In this document: positions 48,819 to 62,039 of the stretch, piece by piece
Layout of the letters: each line of letters opens with the position of its first letter
How positions within the stretch are numbered: position 1 is the stretch's first letter
NCBI RefSeq assembly: GCF_018350175.1
Contig: NC_058368.1
Coordinates: 225,682,001-225,746,000 of the forward strand
Source: Felis catus
Taxonomy: Eukaryota
Reading direction: 5' to 3'
Length of the DNA stretch: 64,000 bases
Position numbers and translations under genes: made by a program
Notes under the pieces: generated by a model
The model's database searches: none
Told to the model about the DNA's origin: nothing
The model's input: only the letters and a program-made list of their open reading frames with translations

Positions 48819-49989
48819 AGGCGGGAGGGAGTCCGCGTGTCTTCAGCGTCCGGATGGGCCACCCTCTGGCCTCGGCCGGCCAGGGCAGAGCTGCCCCCGC
48901 TTCTGGAAGCCCCTCGTTGGAGGGAGGCGTCTCCCAGGGTCCTTTCGCCCCGTCGACGTCCGCGATCCTGTATTAAGCTGTCAACCTTAACAGTCCGCCC
49001 AGTTTCGAAAGCTTTACTACTCTTAGATGACACATGCCTTAAGACAGAGAGGAAAAAAGCCCCCACGCTGCCACCAAAGCAGCCAGAAGTGCCTTAACGT
49101 GTGGAACCAACACTAATTGACCTTAACTGTGCTACTGAAGGGAAATGCCCCCCCAGCCCCTGTTTGGGGGGAGACTTACAAAGCTTGGTGGGGGGTGTTC
49201 ATCTATCAATTCTGCACTAACCTCCCAGCCTGATTTCCCTACTTGGAGGGAAGGTGAGGGGGTCGGGAGGGGGGACAGAGGGAGCACAAGGGGACAGGAT
49301 ATTTTAGTTGGAGTGCTGCTGGCAGCCTTCCTCATGGACATATATTAACTTTTTTTTGTTTCATCTTTTAAGTCTGTGTGCCTGCCTGTGCGCCCATGTG
49401 TTCATAAACTCATCACTTTAATCACTGTCTCATGAGCATTAAAAGCAAAGGGAAAAAGGATGTGCAATGGTGTAAACAGTCTGTATATTTTAATAGTTCA
49501 GAGTTCTAGTCTTCAGTCATTACTTTAGGAGGTGGTTTTATTAACACACCAGAATCCTGGGTTTTCCTGTCTTTGCTGTATTTCGAAAACCACATTTTTG
49601 ACTCCGTTCTGTTTTACATGTAGCAAAAGTCTGCACTCTGCATCTGCTGTATTATAAACAGATATGCAGCCTATACAAATAATTGTATTTATAAACCACT
49701 CTTCAACAGCTGGCTCCAGTGCTGTTTTTAGAACGATATGAAGTCATTTTTTGAGTCTTTAGTTCCTAAAAAAATTTAAGTTAAGAAAAAGTTTTCTTTG
49801 AAGGTTAGTCTGGATCGCTCCGGGTAGATTACCAAATACCACGATGGATATGGCGGCAAGATGCCGCGTTCCTGAAGGGTGTAATGCATGAGCGAGTCTT
49901 GTAAAGGACCCTGACAGTATAAATGCTAAGGCTTTAATATAATACGTCTTCTCCCAAGTTTATAATGATAGTCTGACCAGGTGCCTGTA

Positions 49990-49995
49990 AATAAA
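49990..49995 (+). terminator. Alternative polyadenylation signal AATAAA
   Basis: Canonical hexamer preceded by TGTA. Confidence 0.45.
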
Positions 49996-50173
49996 TCAGT
50001 GTTTATGACCAGAAAAAAAAAAATAATCTGGTCTCGGACTTTTATTTTTATATAGAAAAGTTGTAAAGACTTAGGCCAACTAAGTCTACCCACAAAGAAA
50101 GAAAAAAAAATTGCCTTATCCCTCCAGGACAGCTATGCGAAATCATGGTCTGTTGGCTCAAAGAAAATCTGAC

Positions 50174-50179
50174 AATAAA
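50174..50179 (+). terminator. Polyadenylation signal AATAAA (probable main/distal site)
   Basis: AATAAA followed about 20 nt later by gtgtgttttcttt. Confidence 0.7.
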
Positions 50180-50252
50180 AGATATTAGCTATCACGCAGT
50201 GTGTTTTCTTTATCAGGGTGACTCGAAAGACGTTATAGGGTTTGGGTTTGCT

Positions 50253-51250
50253 TTTTTTTTTTTTTTAATTTAAACCCAAGCTAGTTAACATATAGTATAA
50301 TAATGGTTTTAGGAGAATTTAGTGATTTATCACCTACATAGATCACCCAGTGCTCATCCCAACAAGCGTCCTCCTTGATGCCCATCACCCATTTAGCCCA
50401 TCCCCGACCTACCTCTCCTCCAGCAACCCTCAGTTTGTTCTCTCATTTTAAGACTCTCCTATGGTTTGCCTCCCTGTTTTTAATCTTATTTTTCCTTCCC
50501 TTCCCCATGTTCATCTGTTTCTTAAATTTCACGAGTGAATCCTATTTTTCTGACTTATTTCGCTTAGCATAATACACTCTAGTTCTATCCATGTTGTTGC
50601 AAATAGCAAGATTTCATTCCTTTTCATTAATATTCCATTGTGTGTATATATATATACACCTACCACTTCCTTATCCATTCGTCAATCGATGGACATTTAG
50701 GCTCTTTCCGTAATTTGTTGTTGATAGTGCCGCTATAAACATTGGGGTGCATGTGCCCCTTTGGATCAGCGTTTTTGTATCCTTTGGATAAATACCTACA
50801 AATGCAATTGCTGGGTCACAGGGCAGCTCTATTTCTAATTTTTTGAGAAACCTCAGAGTGGCTGTACCAGTTTGAGTTTCCACCAACAGTGCAAAAGAGT
50901 TCCCTCTCTCTGCATCCTTACCAATATCTGCTGTTTCCTGAGTTTTTAATTTTAGCCATTCTGACAGGTGTGAGGTGGTTTCTCTTTGTGGTTTTGATTT
51001 GTATTTCCTTGATGATGAGTGATGTTGAGCATCTCTTCGTGTGTCTGTTAGCCATCTGGAGGTCTTTCGAAAAGTGTTCACATCTTTTGCCCATTTCTCA
51101 CTGGATTACTTGTTTTATGGGTGTTGAGTTTGAGAAGTTCTTTGTAGATCTCAGATACTAACCTTGTATCCGATATATAATTGGCAAATATCTTCTCCCA
51201 TTCTGTTGGTTGCCTTTTAGTTCTGTTGATTGTTGGTTTGGTTTTCATGC
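50253..51250 (-). mobile_element. 5'-truncated carnivore L1 (3'UTR plus degenerate ORF2 C-terminus)
   Basis: Minus-strand ORFs give [14 protein letters not shown]...GIYPKD...CTPMFIAAL and KRQPTEWEKIFANY, which are L1 ORF2 C-terminal motifs. Poly-T tail at about 50253. Confidence 0.9.
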
Positions 51251-53728
51251 TTTTGGCATCCCTAAGCTGCACGTCTCATAACTTAATTATCTTTAAGTGG
51301 ACGTGTAGACCTCTTAACTGCTCTTTTAGACATGCGGCAGGACTCCAAGAAGGCAGAGAAAGTAAAGATTCAGTGAAACCCAGAAGTCTAAGGCCTTGAA
51401 ATGTGTGTTTATATCAAATGGTCCCGTAGCCCCATAATGTGCCGGATGGTGAAATCTGACCCTTTGGCCTGCTTGCAGCCTTGCTCACTGTGGAGCAGAA
51501 ACAGAGGCAGCCTGTCTGGCCACTGATCTACCCAAAGAACCAGCGCTCACCCCGGGATCTCACCTGGTTGCCCTGGCCAGACGTGGGGCATGAGTGGTAC
51601 CAGTCCCCCGGATGTCCCTTTCTCTTACCTCTGAGTCTCACCTCTGCTCGTGTCCAGAGCGGCTTCCCACTCCACAGGGACAGGGAAGTCCCCTGAAGGC
51701 AGGTGATGCTGAGCGCCTGTGGCCTTGAGATGAGAAGGAAGATGAGCTAGACTCCATGGGTGGTGGTGTTTTCATTTCCAGCCCACAGGGAAATTGGCAG
51801 AAGGGCCTTCTGCCCTGCTCACCACTCGGGACTCACTCTGTGACTTCCCGCATCGCAGAAGGCTGCCTCTTCCCCAGCTGTAAATGAAGCAAGTGGGCAA
51901 AGGAAGGCAGAGTGCCTCAACTTAGACACTGCAGCAGCACCAAAGCCAGAACACAGGTCTCTACACATAGGCCTTTGCATGTCAGCGGCTTCCTTTGTTT
52001 TAATGTGTTATTAGAAGCGGTACAGATGCAGACGAAGCTGCATTAACACACACAGGGAGACCCAGATACCCTTCGCCTGGTTTCCCCAATAGTAACATTT
52101 TGCAGAACCACAGAACGGGATCACAATGGTCCGTTATAATTAGGATTTTGCTTCCACGTTTTATACAAGGACTAGAGCCCCCAGTTTTGAGGTTCTTGCT
52201 TCAAACATTTCTTGTCCGCTATTTTGAACGAGCCCTCTGCTTCCCTTCTCTCCCTGAACATTCTCATCAGCATAGACTGGCTCAGCATCATCTCTCATTT
52301 CTACTCGAGCCATCAGCATACGGACGAAAGCCTCTCCAGGAGAGCGGCACTGTCCTCCCTTCACACAGCCCAAGAAATCCAGCATCATGCCTGTCCAGAG
52401 CAGGTAGAGATGTGACCGGGATGGCCAGGGAAGACTGCAGGTGAGGGAGTGCTGGGTCTTAAGCTGGCCTTGCAGGATGGCGGAAGACCCTGGAAGCAGC
52501 CCAAGTGCAGGTGTGGGGGAGGAGATGGTGTGGGGCGGCTGTTAGGGCAAAGGTCAGGAGCCATGCTCCAACTCCCTTATCCTAGCTCCAGACAGCATCT
52601 TCACTGGCCTCTGTGTTCTACCACCTCAGGTACAGAATGGGGATTTCTAAGTAACCCTCCCCCCTATATATGCTGTTGACAGACCAGACATCTGGAGGGA
52701 TCCTTATAAAGTACCCAAAGGCGTCCCTCTCCTAAAAGCTCTCCTATAACTTTGTCTCACCAACATACGAATCTCTACTCCAGGGCTGTGTTCTCCGTCC
52801 CGCCTGCCTCTCGCCTTGTCTCACGCCACCCTCTTCCCTACTCAGCACAGATCTTGGTCATGATTTCATTTTGTCCCCATTCTATGGGCTCCCCCACTAA
52901 AGTAGTCTGCCCGGCAGGGAGAAAGGTGCCTGATGTTTTCCTGGTGAAGCTTTGTGTCTGTGCTCAAGAAGAGGAAAGCTGTAATTCCCAGGTACCTGGA
53001 GCTTAGGCAGGGATGTGCTGGCAAATGTTTAGCCACCGGCTCTCCCTGAGGAAAACAGTCCCGCTTTGTAGTGTTGGCCGGTTTTCATGGCGTCCGTCAT
53101 TCCCACCATGGCTCGTTTCAGGCTCCAAGGTGACATCACAATGTGGAGCTGGATGGGATGTGTGGTTGGCTCCGGAAGCTTGGTCCTGCACGCCACAGAA
53201 AGGACACGTCAGTCAACAATTTTTCAATAAGAAAGTTGCATCTTCTTCATAAGAAAACCTCTAAAGCAAGTAAAAAGATACTTAGAAAGCTTTAAGCACT
53301 TTGTGTGGGGCAAAGTTTCTGTGGGAAAATTAAAGAGGTTTTCAAAGTGTATCATTTGTTCCTATCTTTAGTTTTCCCAGAGACTTCTTTTCCCTTTCAA
53401 GTAACAACAGGATTACAGTTGATTAGTGGCTTGAGACATAAACAGGGTCGACTCCCCCTAGGCATCCAGACATTGCTGGTGGGAACTAGTTGCCGAATTA
53501 GAATTCTCATCAATCCCTCAAGACATGCCAGAAAGGAAAATGAGGGATTCTGGTAACTCTAATCTCTTGGGGGAACTGTTCTCTGTAAGTTTACTTAGTG
53601 ACTTGACATTGAGCAAATGTAACAGGCCTCCTGATCAGAAATAAGGTAACCCCAATGATCAACACCAACCACAACATAATTTAGTTGACTTTAATTTACT
53701 AAATATTTACTAAATTCTTATTTGGGTT

Positions 53729-53731
<3 letters not shown>

Positions 53732-53765
<34 letters not shown>
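53732..53765. repeat. (AC)17 microsatellite
   Basis: Perfect dinucleotide run. Confidence 0.97.
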
Positions 53766-53767
<2 letters not shown>

Positions 53768-56700
53768 TCTCAGTGGGGTTTGCAAAGGAAATAGAAAAAT
53801 TGTCTTAATTGCTTGGAGACAAGTTGGGGGGTAAAAGGTATAAACAGATGAAACAAGTTGACTCTAATCGGACCACCTGCTAATGTGTCGAAGGGGCCCA
53901 GCAAGCGAGAGTGTGAGGGTGGGAGTTTTCAAAGACAGCGGAGCCGAAAAATGCAGATTTGTGATACGTGAGCACAAGCCAGTAAAACACATGACCGAGG
54001 AAAATCCAGGTGACAGAAATGAGAATGGGGATTTCTAAGTAATGCTTCCTTTTACTCTCATTGTGTCTTTCCCTAGACCATCTTTCTCTGATGTGATCCA
54101 TGACATTAGCGTACCGTTTGCTCAGAACATTGTTTCAGGCTTCGCGTACCATCCTCCCTCCCATCGTGGCCCCCCGGTAGCCATGGTGGAGGTGCTAGCA
54201 AACCCGTGTTTGCCCTGAGGATCCTGAGATCCAGAAAGCAGGTTAACTTGTTCTAACAGCTTTGCTGTGCAACAAGTCGTTCCAGCATTCAGTGGCTGAA
54301 ACAACAGTTTATTCAGGTCGCGATTCTATAGGTCATCAGTTGGAGCTGGGCTCATTCATGACTTAGTTCGGTTGCATCCGGGTCAACTCTGTGGATGCTG
54401 CCTCGGCGTTCTTATGTGTCTGGGGCTTCAGTGGGAGGGCTGAGCTCTGTTCCATGTGATCTCTGTCTCGGTTGCAGTCAGCTGGCCTTGGCTGATTCTC
54501 TGCATTTGGCAAGGTCTCGTGAAAGCGAGTAGGTATAGGCAGAGCCTCTTGGGGCTTACGTTCAAAACTGGCACACTGTTACATCTGCAACATTCTACTG
54601 GCCAAAGCCAGACCCAATGCCAGACCAGAGCCAAGAGGTGGGGAACCAGACTCCGTATCTTTTTTTTTTTTTTAATGTTTTACTTATTTTTGAGATAGAG
54701 ACAGAGCATGAGCAGGGGAGGGGCAGAGAGAGAGAGGGAGACACAGAATCCGAAGCAGGTTCCAGGCTCCGAGCTGTCAGCACAGAGCCCGATGCGGGGC
54801 TCGAACTCATGAACTGCGAGATCATGACCTGAGCCAAAGTTGGACTCCCAACCGACTGAACCACCCAGGCGCCCCTCCGTATCATGATGGAAGTTGCTGC
54901 AAAGTCACTCAAGAGGTTGAAGAATTACGGCCACTTTTATAATCTAAGCACACTTGGCAGAAAAATGACAAAACTACAGGGGACAGAGCATTCATATCCA
55001 AGCTTGCTTCTCTCACAAAGCTACCCGAAAATCCAAATCCTTTCTTTTTTTCTTTACGTGGACACACCCCTCGTTTACCACTGTGCCATCACCAGCTTCC
55101 CCTGATGTAGACAGACACACGTGACCCCCTCGGTCCTTTTTCCAGGTATCCATCCACACAGATTCTTCTCTTGCCTGAAATGACCTTCCGCCCTGCTCAT
55201 AATCTCTCCGGCTGTGACAACCTGGCTTTGATTTTAATCTCTTGCAAAGCTGCCTGGGGCGGAGACTGCTAACCATCCCCTGGGGATCTGCCCTTTGACC
55301 ATTTGTCCTTTTTCTTCTTTGACCTTTTATAATAGAATTCCCCTAAATCGTAGCTTGCGGTCAACGCTAAGCTACAGAATCCATTCCCCAGCCTCCCTTG
55401 CAATTTAGCGTGTGTGGTAGTTTTAAAAAATGTTGCAACTTCTTGGGGCGCCTGGGTGGCTCATTTAGATGAGTGTCCAACTCTTGGTTTCAGTTCAGGT
55501 CATGATCTCCCGGTTTGTGGGATGAAGCCCCACTCTGGGCTCTGCACTGACAGTGTGGAACCTGTTTGGGATTCTCTCCCTCTCTCTCTCTCTCCACCCA
55601 CCCTCCTCTCAAAATAAATAACCTTAAAACAACAACAACAACAACAAAATAATACACCTTGCAACTTCTTGGGGCACCTGCATGATTCAGTCGGTGGAGC
55701 ATCTAACTCTTGGTTTCGGCTCAGGTCATGGATTCATGAGATGCAGCCCCACGTCAGGCTGACCGTGCGGAGCCTGCTTGGGGTTCCCTCTCTCTGTCAG
55801 CCCCTCCCTCACTCACACTCTTTCTGTCTCAAAATAAACATTAGAAGAATAAAGAAAAACATTGCAACTGCCTGATAAACCCTCCCATAAAAAAGGTGAA
55901 CTCTAATCCCCGTGAATATTGGCCAGCCATAGTCACGCCACTTCTGGTAGAATGTGGTAGAACAGATACCGTATAGCTTGTGAGGCCAGGGCGACCTGCA
56001 CCTGAGGAGGACAAGGCAGACATGAAAGAAATCTCACCAACCTGAAGATTCTGTGCTAAACACGCCTATGTAAGGAGGCCACAGAGAGACAGACAAGCCC
56101 CACAGGGACTGTCCCCCAACTGGTCTGTCTTCTCAACCTCAACACGTGGGTGCGTCTGCAGATTATTCCAGCCATTAGCTCTATGCAAAATACACTCCCT
56201 CCCTCTCCAGACCCATCAAAGCCTTGCTTACTAAGGCATCCAGGGTTCGGGCCTCAAGCCCAAGATTTTGTCACACATCAATCAAGTTCCAGGGTGAACG
56301 AGGCTCGTTGGGTGTAGTTTCTCAAGTGCAGCTGGTTAACACGGACTGGAAGAGCTGTGTGCTCTTCCAGAAACTCAGAGGCAAGTTTTCTGTCCCCCAT
56401 GGACAGTCGTGGGGCAGCCATAACTGCCATGGAGACCGTCATTCCCACAGGGAAAACCGGGAGGCATAGAAGTCTGTGGCACTGATGGAAAAAAAAAAGG
56501 ATGACTCAGGGTATATCCAAGAACCCATGGAGAATGATTCCCAGTCAGTGGAGCTGAGCCCCAATCATGGGATTGGCATCACGTGCCCAGAAATGTGTGA
56601 GGGAGAAATGTAAATAATTTGGGCCGGAGAAACCACCGTGCTGTCTTTAGACATATCCACAAATTCTTTGACGATCCTCCCATGAAAAGGTGGGGTCTAA

Positions 56701-58584
56701 TTCTCCTCTCCCAACAGAGTGTGACAGGAGGGCTCCCACATGACACCCAAAGCTAAGGTCAAACAGGGCGGGGGCGGGGGGGGGCACTACGACATCTGCT
56801 AGGCTCTCGGGACATGGGACACGTGCTTTTAGAGCCAAAGGGGCACATCTTCCCAACAGCAACCGCCAGACATGCAAATGCTGGGCCTGCAGATGACTCC
56901 AGTGCCCCCCCCCCCCGGCCTGCAAGGCCACTCAGCTGACGCAGGGGGGACAGATAAGTGCTGCCCCCCTCCCCCACCCCGCTGAGGAAGTTCTGACCAT
57001 GCCAGTAAGCCAAAAAGAGGAATAAACGTATGAGGAATGGGTGAGATTTGAAAGTGTCACTATTTACAGCTAACGTGATGAAGCACCTAGTTTATCAACC
57101 GATCGTGTTGGATTTTCTATTAGAGTTGATGAACGTAGCAAGGTCACTAGATAAAACATCGAAATTCCTTTAAAACCCAACTGCGTCTCTATACGGCAGC
57201 AGCAACCACTTATAACTTTTCTTTTTTTCATAATACATTTTACAGTGTTATTAAACACCTTTACTATCGAAGAGAAAATCTGAGGAGACGCTGTGTCCTC
57301 GGGTCACGAAGCCCACATCTCCTTTAGGCCATGCTCGGAGTCACGACGTAAATTGATCTTGCAAAAGCATTTGAAATGAGGCAAAGCAGAAGGCACTGTG
57401 ACACAAATAACCAGCTAATCGTAAAAACAAAACCACGCTGGAGACAGAAGGAAATGGGCTTATAACCCAATTTCTGTCTGATACACGTGAGGGAGCTAGA
57501 GACTCAGAACTTCCGGTCTCACGGTCCTTCCTCTGACATGAGGTTGAGCTGAAAACACAGCAGGAGGAAATCTTACTTACTTCTAAAATAAAACACATCC
57601 CTTCACGACAAAGAGAAAGTCCCATTTACGGGCGAGCAGAAAGCTCCCGCTTCAAGTGTTTATTTTGCATTTTAAACCATCTGGCCTTCCGTTGCTCGGT
57701 AGAATCATGAATTTTTTAGAAGTAAAGTTGTGCTGCTGTTCAACCAGACCGTGCCACCTAGAACCATCCGTGTGAGAAGCACATCGGTTGCAAATTGGTT
57801 GAAGGCAAGACTGGGTCCCCATGTGATGTCACATGGCCACTCAGCCCACTTCTCCTTCCCCTGATTCTGCACCTGTGACTCTTTGTCGTTCAGGCCTCAG
57901 CTTAAATGTCACCTCTCCAGAAAGGCTTTTCCTCACCACCAAATATAGAAGAGCCTTTACTGTATCACCATGCCGTAAGGAGCACTTGCCACGAAATAGC
58001 ATTTTCTAACTTAATTGTTTATGGTAAGTCTTCTGCGATTAGAAGGTCATCTCTAGAAGAGCAGAAATCTTCTTGGATTTGTTATCGTCACTCTTAACCA
58101 GGACCAGGTCTGAACACACTAGATGCTCAGGAATTGGTTCTTAAACGAAAGAGGAACTGGTAACTTTCAATGTGGGGGCCTCCCTGGCTGAGACCCCCTC
58201 CCCCCCCCCCCCCCCCCCCCGGAGAACAGAGGTCAAGTGCTAGTGCTTTGGGAAGTGCAGCCGGGGCAGCGAGGGTAAGGGAGCGAGGCAGAGAAGGATG
58301 GGAAGCCATGCAAAGCACTGCCCTGCTGTGCTCGCACCTGCTTCCCCGCCGGCCACCAGGAGACCCGACAGTTGCTCAGCAAGACCGGGGCCACGTGGGA
58401 TGTGTCTGCACAGGTTGTATAGGAAACTCCTGCCTCGGAGCAGCCGTCCTGGAGAAGGAAGAAAAGACATTTCCTGAGTTGGTCCTGTCTCCTGTTTCCC
58501 ATTGGCTGAATTGCACTAGGTGGGGAGCCAGTCCCCTCCCATTTCCTTGTCAGCTGGTGCCTTTCAAAGCCACATGGAAGCCAC

Positions 58585-59022
58585 ATCCCACACTGTGGCA
58601 GGCTGGAAGGTGTCCACATCCTAATCCCCGGGACCTGTGAGGGTTACCTTCTACGGCAGAAGACACTTTGCAAATGTGATCACACTGAGGGTTTTGAGAT
58701 TATCCTCGTGGGGCCAGTGCAATCATGTGTCCTTGTAAGAGGGAGGAAGGAGATCAGGCTCAGTAGTGGGAGACGTGGTGACAGCAGCCACAGGCTGTAG
58801 CGATGCAGAGAAGGGGTCACAGTGGAGCCACGCAGGCAACTTACAGGCATGCAAAGGATTCTTGCTTGGAACCCTCGGGAGGAGCCAGCCCTGGTGACAC
58901 CGTGGTCTTGGCCCTGTGGGTCTCATTTCAGATTTCTGACCTCCAGAACTGTGAGCAAATAAACTACTGCTTTAAACTACTGAGTCGGTGGTAACTTATT
59001 ACAGCAGCAATAGGAAACCCAT
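58585..59022. mobile_element. MLT1C/D-like LTR
   Basis: gatttctgacctccagaactgtgagcaaataaac...ttattacagcagcaataggaaac terminal motif. Confidence 0.75.
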
Positions 59023-60639
59023 ACCCAAGGCCTCCAGGGGAGTGTTTCCTCTAAATCGGTGGCAAGAGCATCCAGAAAGCCCCGGATAAGCACAGCCAGA
59101 GAACTGGAGGTACGTAAGATGTACAGCCTACAAGGACCCACGTGACTGCTTAGATCAAGGAGCTTAGGACAGAGAAAATGTGTACTTGTTGATTGTATTA
59201 ACATTGTCCTTTATTATAATTCTTTTTTTTCTTTTAATTTTAGAGAGGGGAGGAGAGAGTGCAAGTGGGAGAGAGGGGCAGAGGGAGAGAGAGAGAGAGA
59301 GAAAATCTTAAGACAGGCTCTGTGCTCAGAGCAGAGCCCGGTGCGGGGCTCGATCCTATGACCCTGGTATCATGATCTGAGCTGAAATCAAGAGTCAGAC
59401 GCTCGACGGACTGAGCCACCCAGGCACCCCAGTTATACTTCATTTTCACTTGTGAATAACTGCCCAGCTCTGAAAAACGTCCCTGGGCCTCTCCGGTGAT
59501 GTTTACATATGACACATAACCTATACTCTGGCCAGACCATCAGAGACACGCCTTCAAATCTGGTAAAAATCCATCCTTACAGAAACGATTTTCTTCTAGG
59601 TAGATTTGATAAAGAATGTATAGAGAGCATAGTATGTATTAGGTAACCCCAGCTGCTTTGGCAAACACCTACATTTCAAGTGCCCACTGCTATTAAGGAC
59701 CATTTCTTGCTTGCATAGCTGACCAAGATGGATGTAATGGTAGGAGGGTATTGGCTCTGCTCCTATAGCTATTCAGGGGCCCAGCTGACAGGGGTTCTGC
59801 CTTCTTCAACATTTATCTTCCGAGGTTACCCTAGCCACAAACAAAGTCGGCAAAAAGAGAGCAACTGACTGGATAAGAACATATGCCTTTTAACCTCCTC
59901 AGTCTAGAAGTGACATCACCTGGCATTACTTCTATGCAAGGGATGCTGGGAAATATAGCTCCAGGCTGGGCAGCTACCTTTTCAGTTACACTCTGCATCA
60001 CGTAAGGGGAGAATGTGTACGTGCTGATTGTATTAACAAGCTTCGGTGGACAACCGGCTGTCACTTGCCACGGTCTGTCCCTCTGGCCAAGAGATATTTG
60101 TGAGGACTCTTTCCCTCAAATGTGAAAAACTCTTCTCCCAGCCAGAAAGGAACATCCAAGGGAATTAACTCAAAACGCTATTAGTTCCTGCATCCCTAAG
60201 GGCAAAACAGATGGGTAGCCAACAAGAGACTGCTCAATCTGTACGATTAAAAGAAGTCAAAGATGGGGCACCTGGGTGGCTCAGCTGGTTAAGCGTCAGA
60301 CTCTTGATTTCTGCCCGTGTCATGATCATGTGGTTGTGTGATTGAGCCCAGCACTGGCCTCCATGCAGGGTTCTCTCTCTCCCTCTCTCGTTGCCCACCC
60401 CTGCTCAAACATGCACTCACACTCTTTCAAAATGAATAAACATTAAAAAAAAAAAAGTCAAGGATGGATGACCAGGAAGCTGAGGGGACACCACCCCAAT
60501 AAAAAGTCTCAAGTCCTTGCCTGGTTTCCCGGCCTGAGCCAGTTTTTGGACCCAAGCCCATTGGTTGAAGGCAAGACTGTCTCCCCAGCCCCCTGCCATA
60601 CCACACAACTCTGATCTCCCGGTCCTTCACCAAAGGGAT

Positions 60640-61270
60640 CTACTTGGGTAACAATGCTGAGGAATACCCAAGCGTTTTGACGACTCTTTGACAGGGGATT
60701 GGTAGACATTAACACCTAGAGTCTCTACTCATCCTCACAGGCCTCTGTTAGAGTCAGGAATATTGGGGCTAGGTAATAAGTGGATCCCTGGCCCAGATCC
60801 AAGTTACAATGGCTACAGCGGGTCCGTGGCCCCATCTGGAGGTCATTTTCCCAGACCCCAAACATATAACGGAACTAGACGTGCTTGGTCGTTGCACAAC
60901 CTCGCCTCACATTGGTTCCTTGCCTTAGGGTAAGACTACTACCACAGTGCAGATGTCAAGGAGAATGCTCTGAAACGACTCCCCTCCGTGGAAAAGATGG
61001 TGAATCAAAAGTGCTATGGTATCCCAGGGGGAATGGCAGGAATTAGTGTCATCACCAGAGAACTAGAAGATTCAGGGTGAGGCCCCCATCCTGTTGCCTT
61101 TTCATGCACAAATGCGGAACCTACAAAAACCAAACAAATCCAGCGGACTATGGCCAAGTCGCCCAAGTAGTAGGCCCAACGGCAGCTACTGTGCCAAGTG
61201 TGGTGTTGCTCCCAGGTCAGAACAGCTTCATCTCATTGCATGTTACATATGATTTCACATTCATTCTTCC
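60640..61270 (+). mobile_element. Degenerate ERV-L internal fragment (protease to RT start)
   Basis: ORF 61077-61274 contains ADYGQVAQVVGPTAATVPSVVLL, which resembles ERVL RT 'VDYRKLNQVVTPIAAAVPDVVSLL'. Upstream DNA resembles ERVL protease. Confidence 0.6.
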
Positions 61271-62039
61271 TTAGATTCCTGGTTTTTTCCATTAATTTCA
61301 AATAAACTTAAGTCAGAATGTAAAACTTTGAAGATACCCAAGATATATAGGATGAGATTGATTTCTTCAAAGAGAGCTACGTAATTAAAGCTTAGTAAAC
61401 ATTACCTATGATGATAAATTATTCATAGAGTGCTTATCTGCCAATTTCAGTAGTTCAGGACATGGCCGAAGAAGCAAAACTTGGCTTCAAGTGAGTAACC
61501 ATTGCTAAGTCCGCATGAGCTTTGCTGACTCTGATGTTGCTTCTGCCTGGAGCGAGCCTGAACAGCTTATCCTCCCTTTCGCCACACGCGACAGGCGCCT
61601 CCCTCTCTCCCGATGCTGCACCCTGTGTTCTCAGCAGCTCATGATCTGTCACCTGCAAACTGCCCATAATCACCTCCTCTCTTTTATGTTCCGCCTTTTA
61701 ACTTTTAAAATATTTTTGATGTTTATTTATTTTAGAGAGAGAGAGACAGAGTGTGAGTGGGGGGAGGGACTGAGAGACAGACTCTGAAGCAGGCTCCAGG
61801 CTCTGAGCTGTCGGCACAGAGCCCGACGCGGGGCTCCAACTCATGAACGGCGAGATCAGGACCTGAGCCGAAGTCGGCTGCTCGACCGACTGAGCCACCC
61901 AGGTGCTCCGATGTTCCACCTTTTAGCTCTAACTCAGACTTGGCATGTTCCCTGCAGCCCTCTTGGGTGAGGACTCTGGTTCCCAGCCCTGTACCGCCGG
62001 GCCTACTACGCCGTAACTGTCCCCTTGGTACTTCCAGAC

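Larger units (their letters stand above)
48819..50200 (+). other. MYO10: MYO10 3'UTR (end approximate)
   Basis: Repeat-free, AT-rich stretch after the stop codon. Ends at AATAAA (50174) with a GT/T-rich downstream element, then an L1 begins. Confidence 0.75.

Noticed and set aside
58170..58640. 156-aa ORF with a poly-proline stretch
   Set aside because: The poly-Pro comes from a C homopolymer and the ORF runs into an MLT LTR. No splice or homology support.
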